A stretch of 64,000 nucleotides of DNA from Pseudomonadota bacterium (GCA_049323295.1 JBMOON010000040.1:252251-316250); one strand, 5' to 3'; shown: positions 8,956 to 18,169, numbered from the stretch's first letter. Notes: generated by a model from the letters alone, not told the origin. Translations and numbers: made by a program.

Positions 8956-9308
8956 GTGGAGGCGGCGGGAATCGAACCCGCGTCCGTCAGCACTACGTCT
9001 TTGGCTCTACATGCTTAGCGTCGCCGATTGAGTTAACTCCTGGGCGACCCGGCGGGCGGGGTGCCTGGAGCGATTCCGCTGAATTTCGGCTGCCGGTCGC
9101 GGACGCCCCGTCAGCCTATTCCGTATCAGATGACCGAGTTTTCAGGAGTTACGGACGACTCCCTGGCTCGGCTGACCGCATTAAGCGGCCAGGGCGTAAG
9201 TTTCGTCGTTGGCGACTAACTTGATCTGGCTGGGTATTTACGAGCCTTCGCCAGCGGCTCGGCATGCACCGCAGGTTTCGTTACCGGCGTCGAAGCCAGG
9301 TCGCCCCC
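8954..9308 (-). ncRNA. ssrA: tmRNA; tag peptide ANDETYALAA* (9181-9213)
   Basis: 5' GGGGGCGACCTGGCTTCGAC, 3' T-arm GCGGGTTCGATTCCCGC and acceptor CGCCTCCACCA, resume codon GCC through TAA; near smpB. Confidence 0.97.
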
Positions 9309-9542
9309 TTGGTCCGGCCATTCTGGGGCCTGGGGTCTGGCCACTCAATGAGGGATTTTTCGCGCCTATGTAGGACATGAGGCGACGAACGTCACAATTT
9401 CGGCAAATACTCGTCGGATTGTCCGACGAAATATGTTGTCAGTGAACAAATGTGCACTTAATATCGCCGCGTGTGCCGGATTCTGCAAGCCCCGCTCGCC
9501 GGATCGGCCCACACCTTGGAGTCATCGAAGGAGGTAATGAAG

Positions 9543-9836
9543 ATGAACGCCAACAACGAACGCGGTCTCACGGAACGCATCAATGCCGCCGGGCTCCATG
9601 TGGCCCGCCGCTTTCCGCTGACGGTCCGCACGATCGACCTGCTGCTGGTCAGCATCCTGTACGTCCTGGGCCTGGTGGCCGTGGACCAGCTGACGGGTGC
9701 GTCCTACCTGCCGGTAATGGTCTTCGCGATGTTCGCGATGCCGGTGGTGCTGAGCGTGGGTCTGCGGCTGTACCGGGGTATTGCCCGGCGGCTCGGCCTC
9801 TTCCACGAAGCAGGCCCTTTGGCCCAAGCCGGTTGA
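9543..9836 (+). CDS. Small 2-TM hypothetical membrane protein
   Basis: Strong RBS AAGGAGGT, two hydrophobic helices, followed by a terminator; start 9543 or 9537. Confidence 0.7.
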   Translation: MNANNERGLTERINAAGLHVARRFPLTVRTIDLLLVSILYVLGLVAVDQLTGASYLPVMVFAMFAMPVVLSVGLRLYRGIARRLGLFHEAGPLAQAG

Positions 9837-9861
9837 ACCGGCGCTGATGGCCGATAACGGC

Positions 9862-9890
9862 AAAAGGCCCGCATAACGCGGGCCTTTTTT
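9862..9890. terminator. Bidirectional terminator
   Basis: AAAAGGCCCGC-ATAAC-GCGGGCCTTTTTT between convergent genes. Confidence 0.8.
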
Positions 9891-9893
9891 CTT

Positions 9894-10370
9894 TCAGCGG
9901 TTACGGTTGCGCAGCAGGCGCTGGCGCTCGCGGTCCCAGTCGCGCGTTTTCTCGGATTCGCGCTTGTCGTGCAGTTTCTTGCCCTTGGCGAGCGCGATGT
10001 CGCATTTCGCGCGGCCATGCTTCCAGTAGATCTTCAGCGGAATGCAGGTCTCGCCCTCGCGGGTGACGGCTCCGAGGATTTCGCGGATTTCCCGTGCGTT
10101 GAGCAGCAGTTTGCGGGTGCGCAGCCGATCGGGCTTGATGTGGGTCGACGCAGTCTGCAGCGGCTCGACCTGGCAGCCGAACAGGTACACCTCGCCATCC
10201 TTGACCATGACGTAGGCGTCGCTGAGGTTGCACTTGCCGGCGCGCATGGACTTCACTTCCCAGCCCTCGAGCACCATGCCGGCCTCGAAGTGCTCGCCCA
10301 GGGTGTATTCGTGGCGGGCCTTGCGGTTGACGGCAATGGTCGCCGGCGCGTCTTTCTTCTCTTTGCTCAT
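9894..10370 (-). CDS. smpB: SsrA-binding protein
   Basis: IAVNRKARHEY...EAGMVLEGWEVKSMR...RTRKLLL...KGKKLHDKR. Confidence 0.97.
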   Translation of the reverse strand: MSKEKKDAPATIAVNRKARHEYTLGEHFEAGMVLEGWEVKSMRAGKCNLSDAYVMVKDGEVYLFGCQVEPLQTASTHIKPDRLRTRKLLLNAREIREILGAVTREGETCIPLKIYWKHGRAKCDIALAKGKKLHDKRESEKTRDWDRERQRLLRNRNR

Positions 10371-10464
10371 GGCGGGCTCGGGCTCATGGGGCGCGGATTA
10401 TACGGCCTCGCTTACAATCCCGCCGCCGCGCGCCGGGCGCGGTGAACCTCCAGCAGGAGACGTC

Positions 10465-11853
10465 ATGTCCCAGGACAGCGCGCCGAACACCCCCGCAGGC
10501 CAGTCGATCCACGGGCTGTGGGCCACGCGGGCGATCTTCATCCTTGCGGCCGCCGGTTCTGCCATCGGGCTGGGCAGCATCTGGAAGTTTCCCTATGTCA
10601 CCGGCATGCACGGCGGGGGCGCCTTCGTGCTGGTGTATCTGGCCTGCGTGCTGCTGGTCGGCGTGCCGCTGATGATGGCGGAGATCCTGATGGGTCGCCG
10701 CGGGCGTGCGTCACCGGTGCATGCGGTGCAGAAGCTGGCGCACGAATCGGGCCTCGGCAAGCGCTGGGTGGCGCTCGGCTGGCTCGGCACGTTCGCCGCG
10801 TTCCTCATCCTGTCCTTCTACACGATGATTGCCGGCTGGGGTCTGCACTACACCGTGCTGTCGGCGCAGGGCACGTTCACCGGCATTGCCGCCGATGCAT
10901 CGACGGCGGTGTTCGACAGTCTCAAGGCGAATCCGCTCGCCATGCTGCTGTGGCACACGCTGTTCATGGCAATGACGATCGTAGTGGTGGCGCGCGGCGT
11001 GCAGGCGGGTCTGGAACGCGCGGTGCGCTGGCTGATGCCGATCCTGTTCGCACTGCTGTTCGTGCTGCTGGGCTACGCGTTCACTACCGGCCAGTTCCTG
11101 CGTGGCATGGAATTCCTGTTCGCGGCCGATTTCTCGCGCGTGGACGGCGAGATGTTCCTGGTGGCGCTGGGGCAGGTGTTCTTCACGCTGTCGCTCGGCA
11201 TGGCGTCGATGATGGCCTATGGCGCCTACATGCCGCACGGACAGTCGATCGCGCGGTCGACGGTGATGATCGTTGCACTCGACACGCTGTTCTCGCTGAT
11301 TGCCGGCCTGGCCATTTTCCCGATCGTATTCGCCTGGAATCTGGAGCCGGCGCAGGGGCCGGGCCTGATGTTCGTCACGCTGCCGCTGGCGTTCGGCAAC
11401 CTGCCGTGGGGCGCTCTGTTCGGCACGCTGTTCTTCGCGCTGGTGGTGGTGGCGGCGTGGGTGAGCGCCATCGCGCTGGCCGAGCCGTTCGTGGCCTGGG
11501 CGGTGGAGAAGGGCATGCGGCGCGCGAAGGCGGCGACGCTGGTCGGCGTGGCGGCCTGGGCACTGGGTATCCTGTCGGTGTTGTCGTTCAACGTGTTGTC
11601 CGGCGAGGATTTCCGTATTGCCGGCCGTTCGTTCTATGAGGCGATCGACTTCCTGGCGACCAACATCCTGCTGCCGCTCGGCGGCATTCTGATTGCAGTG
11701 TTCGTCGGCTGGGCGATGAAGGAAACCAAGGTGATGAAGGAGCTGGCGATGCAGAATCAGGCGCTTTACATCGCCTGGCGCATTGCCATCCGCATCGTGG
11801 TGCCGCTGGCGATCGTGCTGATCATGGCGGACTTTTTCGGCGCGCCGGGTTGA
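10465..11853 (+). CDS. Sodium-dependent transporter (NSS/SNF family)
   Basis: FILAAAGSAIGLGSIWKFPY..G.HGGGAF, GQVFFTLSLG; AGGAG RBS before ATG 10465. Confidence 0.93.
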   Translation: MSQDSAPNTPAGQSIHGLWATRAIFILAAAGSAIGLGSIWKFPYVTGMHGGGAFVLVYLACVLLVGVPLMMAEILMGRRGRASPVHAVQKLAHESGLGKRWVALGWLGTFAAFLILSFYTMIAGWGLHYTVLSAQGTFTGIAADASTAVFDSLKANPLAMLLWHTLFMAMTIVVVARGVQAGLERAVRWLMPILFALLFVLLGYAFTTGQFLRGMEFLFAADFSRVDGEMFLVALGQVFFTLSLGMASMMAYGAYMPHGQSIARSTVMIVALDTLFSLIAGLAIFPIVFAWNLEPAQGPGLMFVTLPLAFGNLPWGALFGTLFFALVVVAAWVSAIALAEPFVAWAVEKGMRRAKAATLVGVAAWALGILSVLSFNVLSGEDFRIAGRSFYEAIDFLATNILLPLGGILIAVFVGWAMKETKVMKELAMQNQALYIAWRIAIRIVVPLAIVLIMADFFGAPG

Positions 11854-11857
11854 GCGG

Positions 11858-12154
11858 GTGACGATCATCCGCGTCGAGGTCGTGTTCGCGCTGCCGGAGC
11901 GGCAGGTGATTGTCGCGCTCGAATTGCCGGCCGGCGCCACCCTGTACGAGGCGGTGTTGCGTTCAGGGCTCGCCGCGCAGTTTCCGGGGCAGATCGATCC
12001 GGAAACGACACCGGCGGGCGTGTTCGGCAAACTGGAAAAGCAGCCCCGGCAGCGAGTGCTGGCCGACGGCGACCGGGTGGAGATCTACCGGCCGCTGACC
12101 ATCGATCCGAAGGACGCACGCCGGGCACGGGCGCGGCGCCGGTCCGGCGGCTGA
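11858..12154 (+). CDS. rnfH: RnfH family ubiquitin-like protein (RatB)
   Basis: VEVVFALPERQ...GVFGK...DGDRVEIYRPLTIDPK..RR.RA. Confidence 0.9.
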   Translation: MTIIRVEVVFALPERQVIVALELPAGATLYEAVLRSGLAAQFPGQIDPETTPAGVFGKLEKQPRQRVLADGDRVEIYRPLTIDPKDARRARARRRSGG

Positions 12155-12157
12155 TCG

Positions 12158-12559
12158 TCAGTAGGCGGGAGAGACCGGTTCGGGCGTGACGGGTGTCTTG
12201 CGGATACTGGTGTCGAGCCGCTGGCGGGCTGCCGCCGGCAGTGGCTGGCCTTCCCAGCGCGCGAGCTTCCCGTCGCTGAACCACAGCACGATGCGGTTCT
12301 CGACCAGTTCGCCGCTGCCGCGGCGCAGTCGGTAGAGGTAGACCCAGCGATCGGGTTCGAACGGGTCGCTCAGCTGCGGCGAGCCCATGACGAAGCGGAC
12401 CTGCGATTCGGTCATGCCGGCGCGCAGCTTGCCCATCATGGCGTCGTCGACGATGTTCCCCTGCTCGATATCGATGCGGTACACGCCCGGAAAGCGCAGG
12501 CCGCTGCAGCCGGCGAGCAGCAGGGTGGCGGCGAGGGCGATGACCAGGCGTTTTTGCAT
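12158..12559 (-). CDS. bamE: Outer membrane protein assembly factor BamE (lipoprotein)
   Basis: Lipobox LAGC, VYRIDIEQGN...GMTESQVRFVMGSP...DRWVY; divergent from fur. Confidence 0.93.
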   Translation of the reverse strand: MQKRLVIALAATLLLAGCSGLRFPGVYRIDIEQGNIVDDAMMGKLRAGMTESQVRFVMGSPQLSDPFEPDRWVYLYRLRRGSGELVENRIVLWFSDGKLARWEGQPLPAAARQRLDTSIRKTPVTPEPVSPAY

Positions 12560-12640
12560 CGGAAGCGGCACTTGGACTAACGTGGGCGGCACATGTTAGC
12601 GGATAGGGCCGGCGGGCGCGAACCGGCCGGAGGAAGGGTC

Positions 12641-13072
12641 ATGCAACAGGACAAGGAACTCCGCAAGGCGGGCCTCAAGGTCACGCTGCCGCGGGTAAAG
12701 ATCCTCGAGCTGCTCGAGGAGGCGCACCAGGGCAACCGGCACCTCAGTGCGGAGGATGTGTTCCGTCATCTGCGCGATGCCGGCGAGGACATCGGGCTGG
12801 CGACGGTCTACCGCGTGCTGACCCAGTTCCAGGATGCCGGGCTGGTCATCAAGCATAACTTCGACAACGACCAGGCGGTGTTCGAGCTGGAATCCGGCCA
12901 GCACCACGACCACATGGTCTGCCTGCGCTGCAACAGGGTCATCGAGTTCAGCGACGAGACGATCGAGCAACGCCAGCGTGCCATCGCCGAAAAATACGGT
13001 TTCCGGCTGACCCACCATAGCCTGACCATGCACGGCATCTGTGCCGACTGCCTGAAAAAATCGCCGGCCTGA
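12641..13072 (+). CDS. fur: Ferric uptake regulator
   Basis: LRKAGLKVTLPRVKIL, HLSAEDV, IGLATVYRVLTQF, HHDHMVC. Confidence 0.97.
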   Translation: MQQDKELRKAGLKVTLPRVKILELLEEAHQGNRHLSAEDVFRHLRDAGEDIGLATVYRVLTQFQDAGLVIKHNFDNDQAVFELESGQHHDHMVCLRCNRVIEFSDETIEQRQRAIAEKYGFRLTHHSLTMHGICADCLKKSPA

Positions 13073-13089
13073 GGCCGGCGATTTTCTTT
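13057..13089. terminator. Bidirectional terminator overlapping the fur stop
   Basis: AAAATCGCCGGCCT-G-AGGCCGGCGATTTT followed by CTTT. Confidence 0.7.
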
Positions 13090-13101
13090 CCGGAACCGCC
13101 G

Positions 13102-14022
13102 TTACGGCTGTTCACGATCGGCATCCGAGGCGGCCTCGGCCTTCAGCGGGATGAAACGCTTCGTGCTTTCCACCTGGCCTGCGTAGTCGTCGAGCTTCTC
13201 GCCCATCGCGTCGGCGAGCATGTCGAGGCGGACGGACGGCGACGGGTGCGTCTTGAACATCAGCGCCACCGCCGAATCCTGGGCGTTGATGTCGCCCAGC
13301 GTCTGCAGCACGCTCACCAGTCCGTAGGGGTTGTAGCCGGCACGGGCGGCGATCACCACGCCTTGGCGGTCGGCGGCGAACTCGTCCTGCTTGTCGAGGC
13401 CGCGGGTGAAGATCTCGGTGCCGGCGGAAAACGCCTTGGCAATGTTTTTCGCGTCGCCGTTGCCCTTGTCCTCGGCTACGGCGTTCACCAGTTCCATCTT
13501 CCACTCGTTGCCGAGCGATTTCTGGATCTGCTTGAGTTGGTGGCGCTCCAGTACGTGGGCGATTTCGTGGGCCAGCACGCCGGCCAGTTCGCCCTCGTTG
13601 CGGAAGCGGGAATACATGCCGCGGGTGATCAGGATGGTGCCGCCCGGCGTCGAGAACGCGTTGACGTCGTCGCTGGCGATGACGCCGAAACGCCACGGCA
13701 GGTCGGGACGCTCGGTCTGCATTGCCAGCCAGCGACCGACACGGTTGACGTATTTCTGCAGGGCCGCGTTGTCGACCAGGGGAGCCGTGCCGAGCACGCG
13801 CGCGGCAACGCCGTCGCCGATGCGGATTTCCTCTTCCTGGTTGATCTCGCGGTTGGCCTTCATCGCCTTGGAGCCGATGGAGACGGCCTTGCCGACCTTC
13901 TTCAGGTCTTCGAGATTGCTGAAGTCGAAAGCGACGGCCGGGGCGGCAGACAACAGCAGGCCGGCGGTGATGGCGGCCGGCAGCACTGCGGTGCGGACGA
14001 ATTTCGCGATGACGTTGTTCAT
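13102..14022 (-). CDS. Secreted M48 family zinc metallopeptidase
   Basis: Sec signal peptide, VNAFSTPGG, LAHEIAH (HExxH), EFAAD, THP motif. Confidence 0.9.
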   Translation of the reverse strand: MNNVIAKFVRTAVLPAAITAGLLLSAAPAVAFDFSNLEDLKKVGKAVSIGSKAMKANREINQEEEIRIGDGVAARVLGTAPLVDNAALQKYVNRVGRWLAMQTERPDLPWRFGVIASDDVNAFSTPGGTILITRGMYSRFRNEGELAGVLAHEIAHVLERHQLKQIQKSLGNEWKMELVNAVAEDKGNGDAKNIAKAFSAGTEIFTRGLDKQDEFAADRQGVVIAARAGYNPYGLVSVLQTLGDINAQDSAVALMFKTHPSPSVRLDMLADAMGEKLDDYAGQVESTKRFIPLKAEAASDADREQP

Positions 14023-14025
14023 GGC

Positions 14026-14559
14026 TCAGTCCTCACGCTTCTTTTTCTTTTTGCCGTCCGGGGGCAACAGGTAGTCGACGGCCTTCGGTTTCAGACCGGC
14101 CAGGCGCGCGCTCTCGTTGGCGTCCCGGTCGGCCGTCTGGAAGCCGGCGAGTTTCTCGACCTCGGCCGGTGCCGGCTCGGCATCGGTCAGGTCTTCCTCG
14201 CTGAGCCCCTTCACGCCGGTGGATACGCTGTGGCCGCTGGAACCGGTCTTGAAGACGCTGGCCAGCGCGCCGACGCCGCTGTCGCCCTTCTGGCCGGAAG
14301 AGGTGCGCAGATTGAACAGGCGCACGTAGCCGCTCTTGCCGTCGGCGGTGCTCACCTGCGCCCAGGCGCCGCTGCGGGTCAGCACGCTGACCGCGGCCTT
14401 CGCCTTCAGTGCGGTCACCACCGCGGCGTCGTTGAGTGGCTTCGCGCGCAATTCCGTATCGCGGGCGATGGTGGCGTTCTCGGCGGCGAGCGCGCTGCCG
14501 GCCGGCAGGCTAAGCGCCGCCAGCAGCAGGGCTGCCAGCCGTTTTCCGTTTCGGTTCAT
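14026..14559 (-). CDS. Secreted bacterial SH3 domain protein
   Basis: Signal peptide ending ALA, LRAKP...V...L...V.V..RSGAWAQV...GYV SH3b pattern, followed by a TGVKGLSEEDL motif. Confidence 0.8.
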   Translation of the reverse strand: MNRNGKRLAALLLAALSLPAGSALAAENATIARDTELRAKPLNDAAVVTALKAKAAVSVLTRSGAWAQVSTADGKSGYVRLFNLRTSSGQKGDSGVGALASVFKTGSSGHSVSTGVKGLSEEDLTDAEPAPAEVEKLAGFQTADRDANESARLAGLKPKAVDYLLPPDGKKKKKRED

Positions 14560-16351
14560 AGAGTCGCACTCCCTGTTCGCGTCCTTTCACGTGGACGATG
14601 CCGTGGTCGATGAAGTCGAACGCGTCGCCGCAGGCCTGCACGGTGAACTCGGATACCAGGATCCGGGCCTTGCCCTTGGTGGCGCCCTCGATGCGTGAAG
14701 CGAGGTTAACGCTGTCGCCGATGGCCGTGTAGTCGAGGCGATCGTGCGAGCCGATGAAGCCGACGACCGCCGGGCCGGTGTGCACGCCGATGCCGACGTC
14801 GAAGTCCGGCGGCGCATCGAAGTCCTTCCGGAATCGGTCCAGCACGTCGACCATCTGCAGGGCGGCTTCGACCGCGTGCACTGCGTGCTGCGGGTCGCTG
14901 GCCGGCGCGCCCCAGAAGGCCATGATCGCGTCGCCGATGAACTTGTCCAGCGTGCCCTGGGTCTGGAAGATCACCTGCACCTGCCGGCTGAAATACTCGT
15001 TGAGCAACTCGACGATCTGCTCCGGCGTCGAGCGCTCGCTCATCGTGGTGAAACCGCGGATGTCGGAGAACAGCAGGGTGATTTCGCGGGCCTGGGTCGC
15101 CTGTGCGCTGGCGATGGTGCCGCCGCTGATCAGCTGGTCCACTACCCGGCGGTCGAGGAAGCGTCCGAAGATGGTCACCGCCTGCTCGCGCTGGCGACGC
15201 TCTTCCCACCAGGAGATCAGCGCGAGCGCGAGGAACAGCAGCCACGCGGCCGCCACCGGCGAAATGGCGTGCACGATGAGCCGCGCCTTCGCCAGCAGCA
15301 CGAATTCGAGCGCTGCCAGCAGCAGCGTCAGCGCGGCCAGCCCGACGCCGATGCGCAGCGGCGAAATGCGCCGCTGGAAAGCGAGCACCAGCGGCAACAG
15401 CAACAGCGGGTACAGCAGCAGGCCCCAGTGGCTGTCGGTCAGCCAGTCGCCGTGCGCCAGATTGCCGATGGCCGTGGCGAGCAGCGCGACGCCGGGAAAG
15501 GTGCTGCGGATCGGCGTCGGCCGCAGATCGCCCAGGCCCGGCGCCGAGGCGCCGATGATCACGATCCTGCCGCGCAGGCTGTCGGCCAGCGTCGGTGCGC
15601 TGCCGGTGAGATCGTTGTAGACGTCGGAATAGCTGTGGCGCTGCGGCAGTTGGTCGCGATACCAGTGCAGCACGACGTGGTCGCCGTCCGGCATCGCCCA
15701 GCCGAGATCGTCGGCCAGCCGTTTCGGCATCGACGGGATGCGCCAGCCGGCGACTTCGCGGTACAGCCAGTAGCGGCGACCGATGCCGTCTCCGTCGGCG
15801 TTGAAGTTCACCAGTCCGCCGCGCCAGCTGTCCGGCGGTACGATCAGCGGCACCAGCAGCGGCGCGTGTGCATGCGGATTGGCGTTCGCGGTCGCTTCCA
15901 GCCGCATCGCCGGCGGATAACGGCTGAAGGCGGCGCCGCTGCCGTCGGCCAGCAGCATGGTCGGCAGGTAGACATCGGGCGCGGCGGCGACGACGGCGGA
16001 AAAATATTCGTCGCTCTCCGGGCGGAAGGTGTCTGCCTCGTTGAGCAGCAGGTCGAACACGATGGCCTTCGGCTGCGCCTGTCGCAGTGCCTCGATCAGT
16101 TCGCCGTGCACCGCGCGCGGCCACGGCCAGCTGCCGGCGGCGGCATTCATGTCCTCGAGGCTTTTCTGGTCGATGTCGATGACGACGATGTCGGCCGGCA
16201 GCTGGCGGGCCTGCGCGTGCAGGGCAAGCATGCCGTCGAGCGCGATGCGGTCGACGCGGGTGAAGCCGCCGCCGGCGCCGACGGCGATCAGCAGCAGCGC
16301 GATGAGGCCAAGCAGCAGGATCTGGCGCGTATCCGTGCGCGGCGAGTTCAT
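14510..16351 (-). CDS. CHASE2-domain membrane adenylate cyclase (class III)
   Basis: IVVIDIDQKSL..WPWPR..H CHASE2, three TM helices, LFSDIRGFT, DKFIGDAIMAFWGAP, YTAIGDSVNLASRIE (Lys/Thr ATP-specifying residues). Confidence 0.92.
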   Translation of the reverse strand: MNSPRTDTRQILLLGLIALLLIAVGAGGGFTRVDRIALDGMLALHAQARQLPADIVVIDIDQKSLEDMNAAAGSWPWPRAVHGELIEALRQAQPKAIVFDLLLNEADTFRPESDEYFSAVVAAAPDVYLPTMLLADGSGAAFSRYPPAMRLEATANANPHAHAPLLVPLIVPPDSWRGGLVNFNADGDGIGRRYWLYREVAGWRIPSMPKRLADDLGWAMPDGDHVVLHWYRDQLPQRHSYSDVYNDLTGSAPTLADSLRGRIVIIGASAPGLGDLRPTPIRSTFPGVALLATAIGNLAHGDWLTDSHWGLLLYPLLLLPLVLAFQRRISPLRIGVGLAALTLLLAALEFVLLAKARLIVHAISPVAAAWLLFLALALISWWEERRQREQAVTIFGRFLDRRVVDQLISGGTIASAQATQAREITLLFSDIRGFTTMSERSTPEQIVELLNEYFSRQVQVIFQTQGTLDKFIGDAIMAFWGAPASDPQHAVHAVEAALQMVDVLDRFRKDFDAPPDFDVGIGVHTGPAVVGFIGSHDRLDYTAIGDSVNLASRIEGATKGKARILVSEFTVQACGDAFDFIDHGIVHVKGREQGVRLYEPKRKTAGSPAAGGA

Positions 16352-16352
16352 G

Positions 16353-18020
16353 CTAGTGCGCCGCCAGCATGGCTTCGGCGTGTTTAAGCGCTTCCGGCGT
16401 GATGGTGAGGCCGCCGGCCATGCGGGCGATTTCCTGTACCCGCTCCTTCTTCTGCAGGGCGACCACGGCGCTGGCGGTCGACTTGCCGTCGGAACGCTTT
16501 TCCACCCGCAGGTGCTGGTGGCCGCAGGCGGCGACCTGCGCCAGGTGGGTGACGCACAGCACCTGGCCGCGATCGCCGAGGCGACGCAGCAGTTTGCCGA
16601 CGACTTCCGCCGTGGCGCCGCCGATGCCGACGTCCACTTCGTCGAAGATCAGTGTCGGGATCGTGCTCTTCTCCGCACAGATCACCTGGATGGCGAGGCT
16701 GATGCGCGACAGTTCGCCGCCGGAGGCGACCTTCGCCAGCGGCTTCGGCGGCTGGCCGGCATTGAGGCTGACCACGAATTCGATGCCGTCGACGCCGGCG
16801 GCATTCGCCTCGCTGTCGCCGAGTGCGGTGAACGCGACCTGGAAACGGCCGCCGGGCATGCCCAGCAGCGCCAGTTGTTCGCCGACATCCTTCTCCAGCT
16901 TCCTTGCCGCCTTGCGGCGCGCGTCACCCAGCTTGCGGGCGAGGTCGAGGAAGGCCGTGCGCCGGCTATCGACGTCCCGCTCGAGCGCGGCGCGGTGCGT
17001 GTCGTGGTTTTCCAGCGCGTCGAGATCGGCCTTCAGCTTCTCGTGCAGCGCGGGCAGTTCGTTGGCCGTGCAGCGGTGCTTGCGCGCCAGCTGGAAGCAG
17101 CTCGACAGGCGGGAGTCGATTTCCTGCAGCCGTTCCGGATCGGCTTCCAGCCGGTCGTTGTAGCGGCGCAGCGCGTCGGCAGCCTCCTCGACATGGATGA
17201 TCGCCGAGGCGAGCAGTTCGGAGGCCTTGGCCAGTTCGCCGTCTTCCATGCCTTCGAGCGCGTAACGGGCGCGCTCCAGACGGTCGCGCGCCGCGCCGTC
17301 CTCGTGTTCGTACACCAGCGCGAACGCCTGCTCGGTGGCGGCGCGCAGGCTGTCGATGTTGGCCAGCCGCTTGTGCTCGGCTTCCAGCGCTTCCGGCTCG
17401 CCGGCCTTGAGTGCCAGCCGGTCGAGTTCCTCGACCTGGAATTTCAGCAGGTCGCGGCGGGCATCGCGATCGCTGACGGCCTGTTCCAGCGCGGTGAGCG
17501 CGTCGCGGCGCTCACGGTATTCGCGGAAGGCGGCGGCCACGGCCTTTGCCTGCGGGCCGAGGCCGGCGTATTCGTCCAGCGACTGCCGGTGCGTGTCGCG
17601 GCGCAGCAGCGACTGGTGTTCGTGCTGGCCGTGGATGTCGATCAGCAGTTCGCCCAGCGCCTTCAGGTCGCCGAGGGTGGACGGCTTGCCGTTGATGAAG
17701 GCCCGCGAGCGGCCGTCGCTGCCGACGGTACGCCGGAGGATGCAGTCGGCGGCATCGCCGGAATCCAGCTCCCGTTCGGCCAGCCATTCGCGGGCGGCAG
17801 CCAGGCGGCTGACGTCGAAGGTGGCGACGATGTCGGCCCGCTCGGCGCCCGGCCGCACGGCGCCGGCATCGGCCCGGTCGCCCAGGGCGAGGGCGAGGGC
17901 GTCGATCATGATCGACTTGCCGGCGCCGGTTTCACCGGTGACCACGGTGAGGCCGCCGGCGAATTCCAGTTCCAGGGCATCGACGATGGCGTAGTGGCTG
18001 ATCGAGAGCGCAGAGAGCAT
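16353..18020 (-). CDS. recN: DNA repair protein RecN
   Basis: TGETGAGKS Walker A, IHGQHEHQ, ASGGELSR signature, IFDEVDVGIGG, CVTHLAQVA. Confidence 0.97.
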   Translation of the reverse strand: MLSALSISHYAIVDALELEFAGGLTVVTGETGAGKSIMIDALALALGDRADAGAVRPGAERADIVATFDVSRLAAAREWLAERELDSGDAADCILRRTVGSDGRSRAFINGKPSTLGDLKALGELLIDIHGQHEHQSLLRRDTHRQSLDEYAGLGPQAKAVAAAFREYRERRDALTALEQAVSDRDARRDLLKFQVEELDRLALKAGEPEALEAEHKRLANIDSLRAATEQAFALVYEHEDGAARDRLERARYALEGMEDGELAKASELLASAIIHVEEAADALRRYNDRLEADPERLQEIDSRLSSCFQLARKHRCTANELPALHEKLKADLDALENHDTHRAALERDVDSRRTAFLDLARKLGDARRKAARKLEKDVGEQLALLGMPGGRFQVAFTALGDSEANAAGVDGIEFVVSLNAGQPPKPLAKVASGGELSRISLAIQVICAEKSTIPTLIFDEVDVGIGGATAEVVGKLLRRLGDRGQVLCVTHLAQVAACGHQHLRVEKRSDGKSTASAVVALQKKERVQEIARMAGGLTITPEALKHAEAMLAAH

Positions 18021-18169
18021 CGGGGCGGGCGGCGGGCTGCTGCGATGAGGGAAGTCCCGGATGATAAGCCGCGTTTCAGCGCGTTGATAAGCCGTAGACT
18101 GCTCTTTAACCTTGGTCCCGGGTCCCCCGCGACCGCCCGCGCAGACCGCCGCCCGACTGCTCTGAAACC

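Noticed and set aside
8781-8993. 70-aa ORF overlapping the tmRNA 3' end
   Set aside because: Runs through the tmRNA T-arm and terminator; spurious
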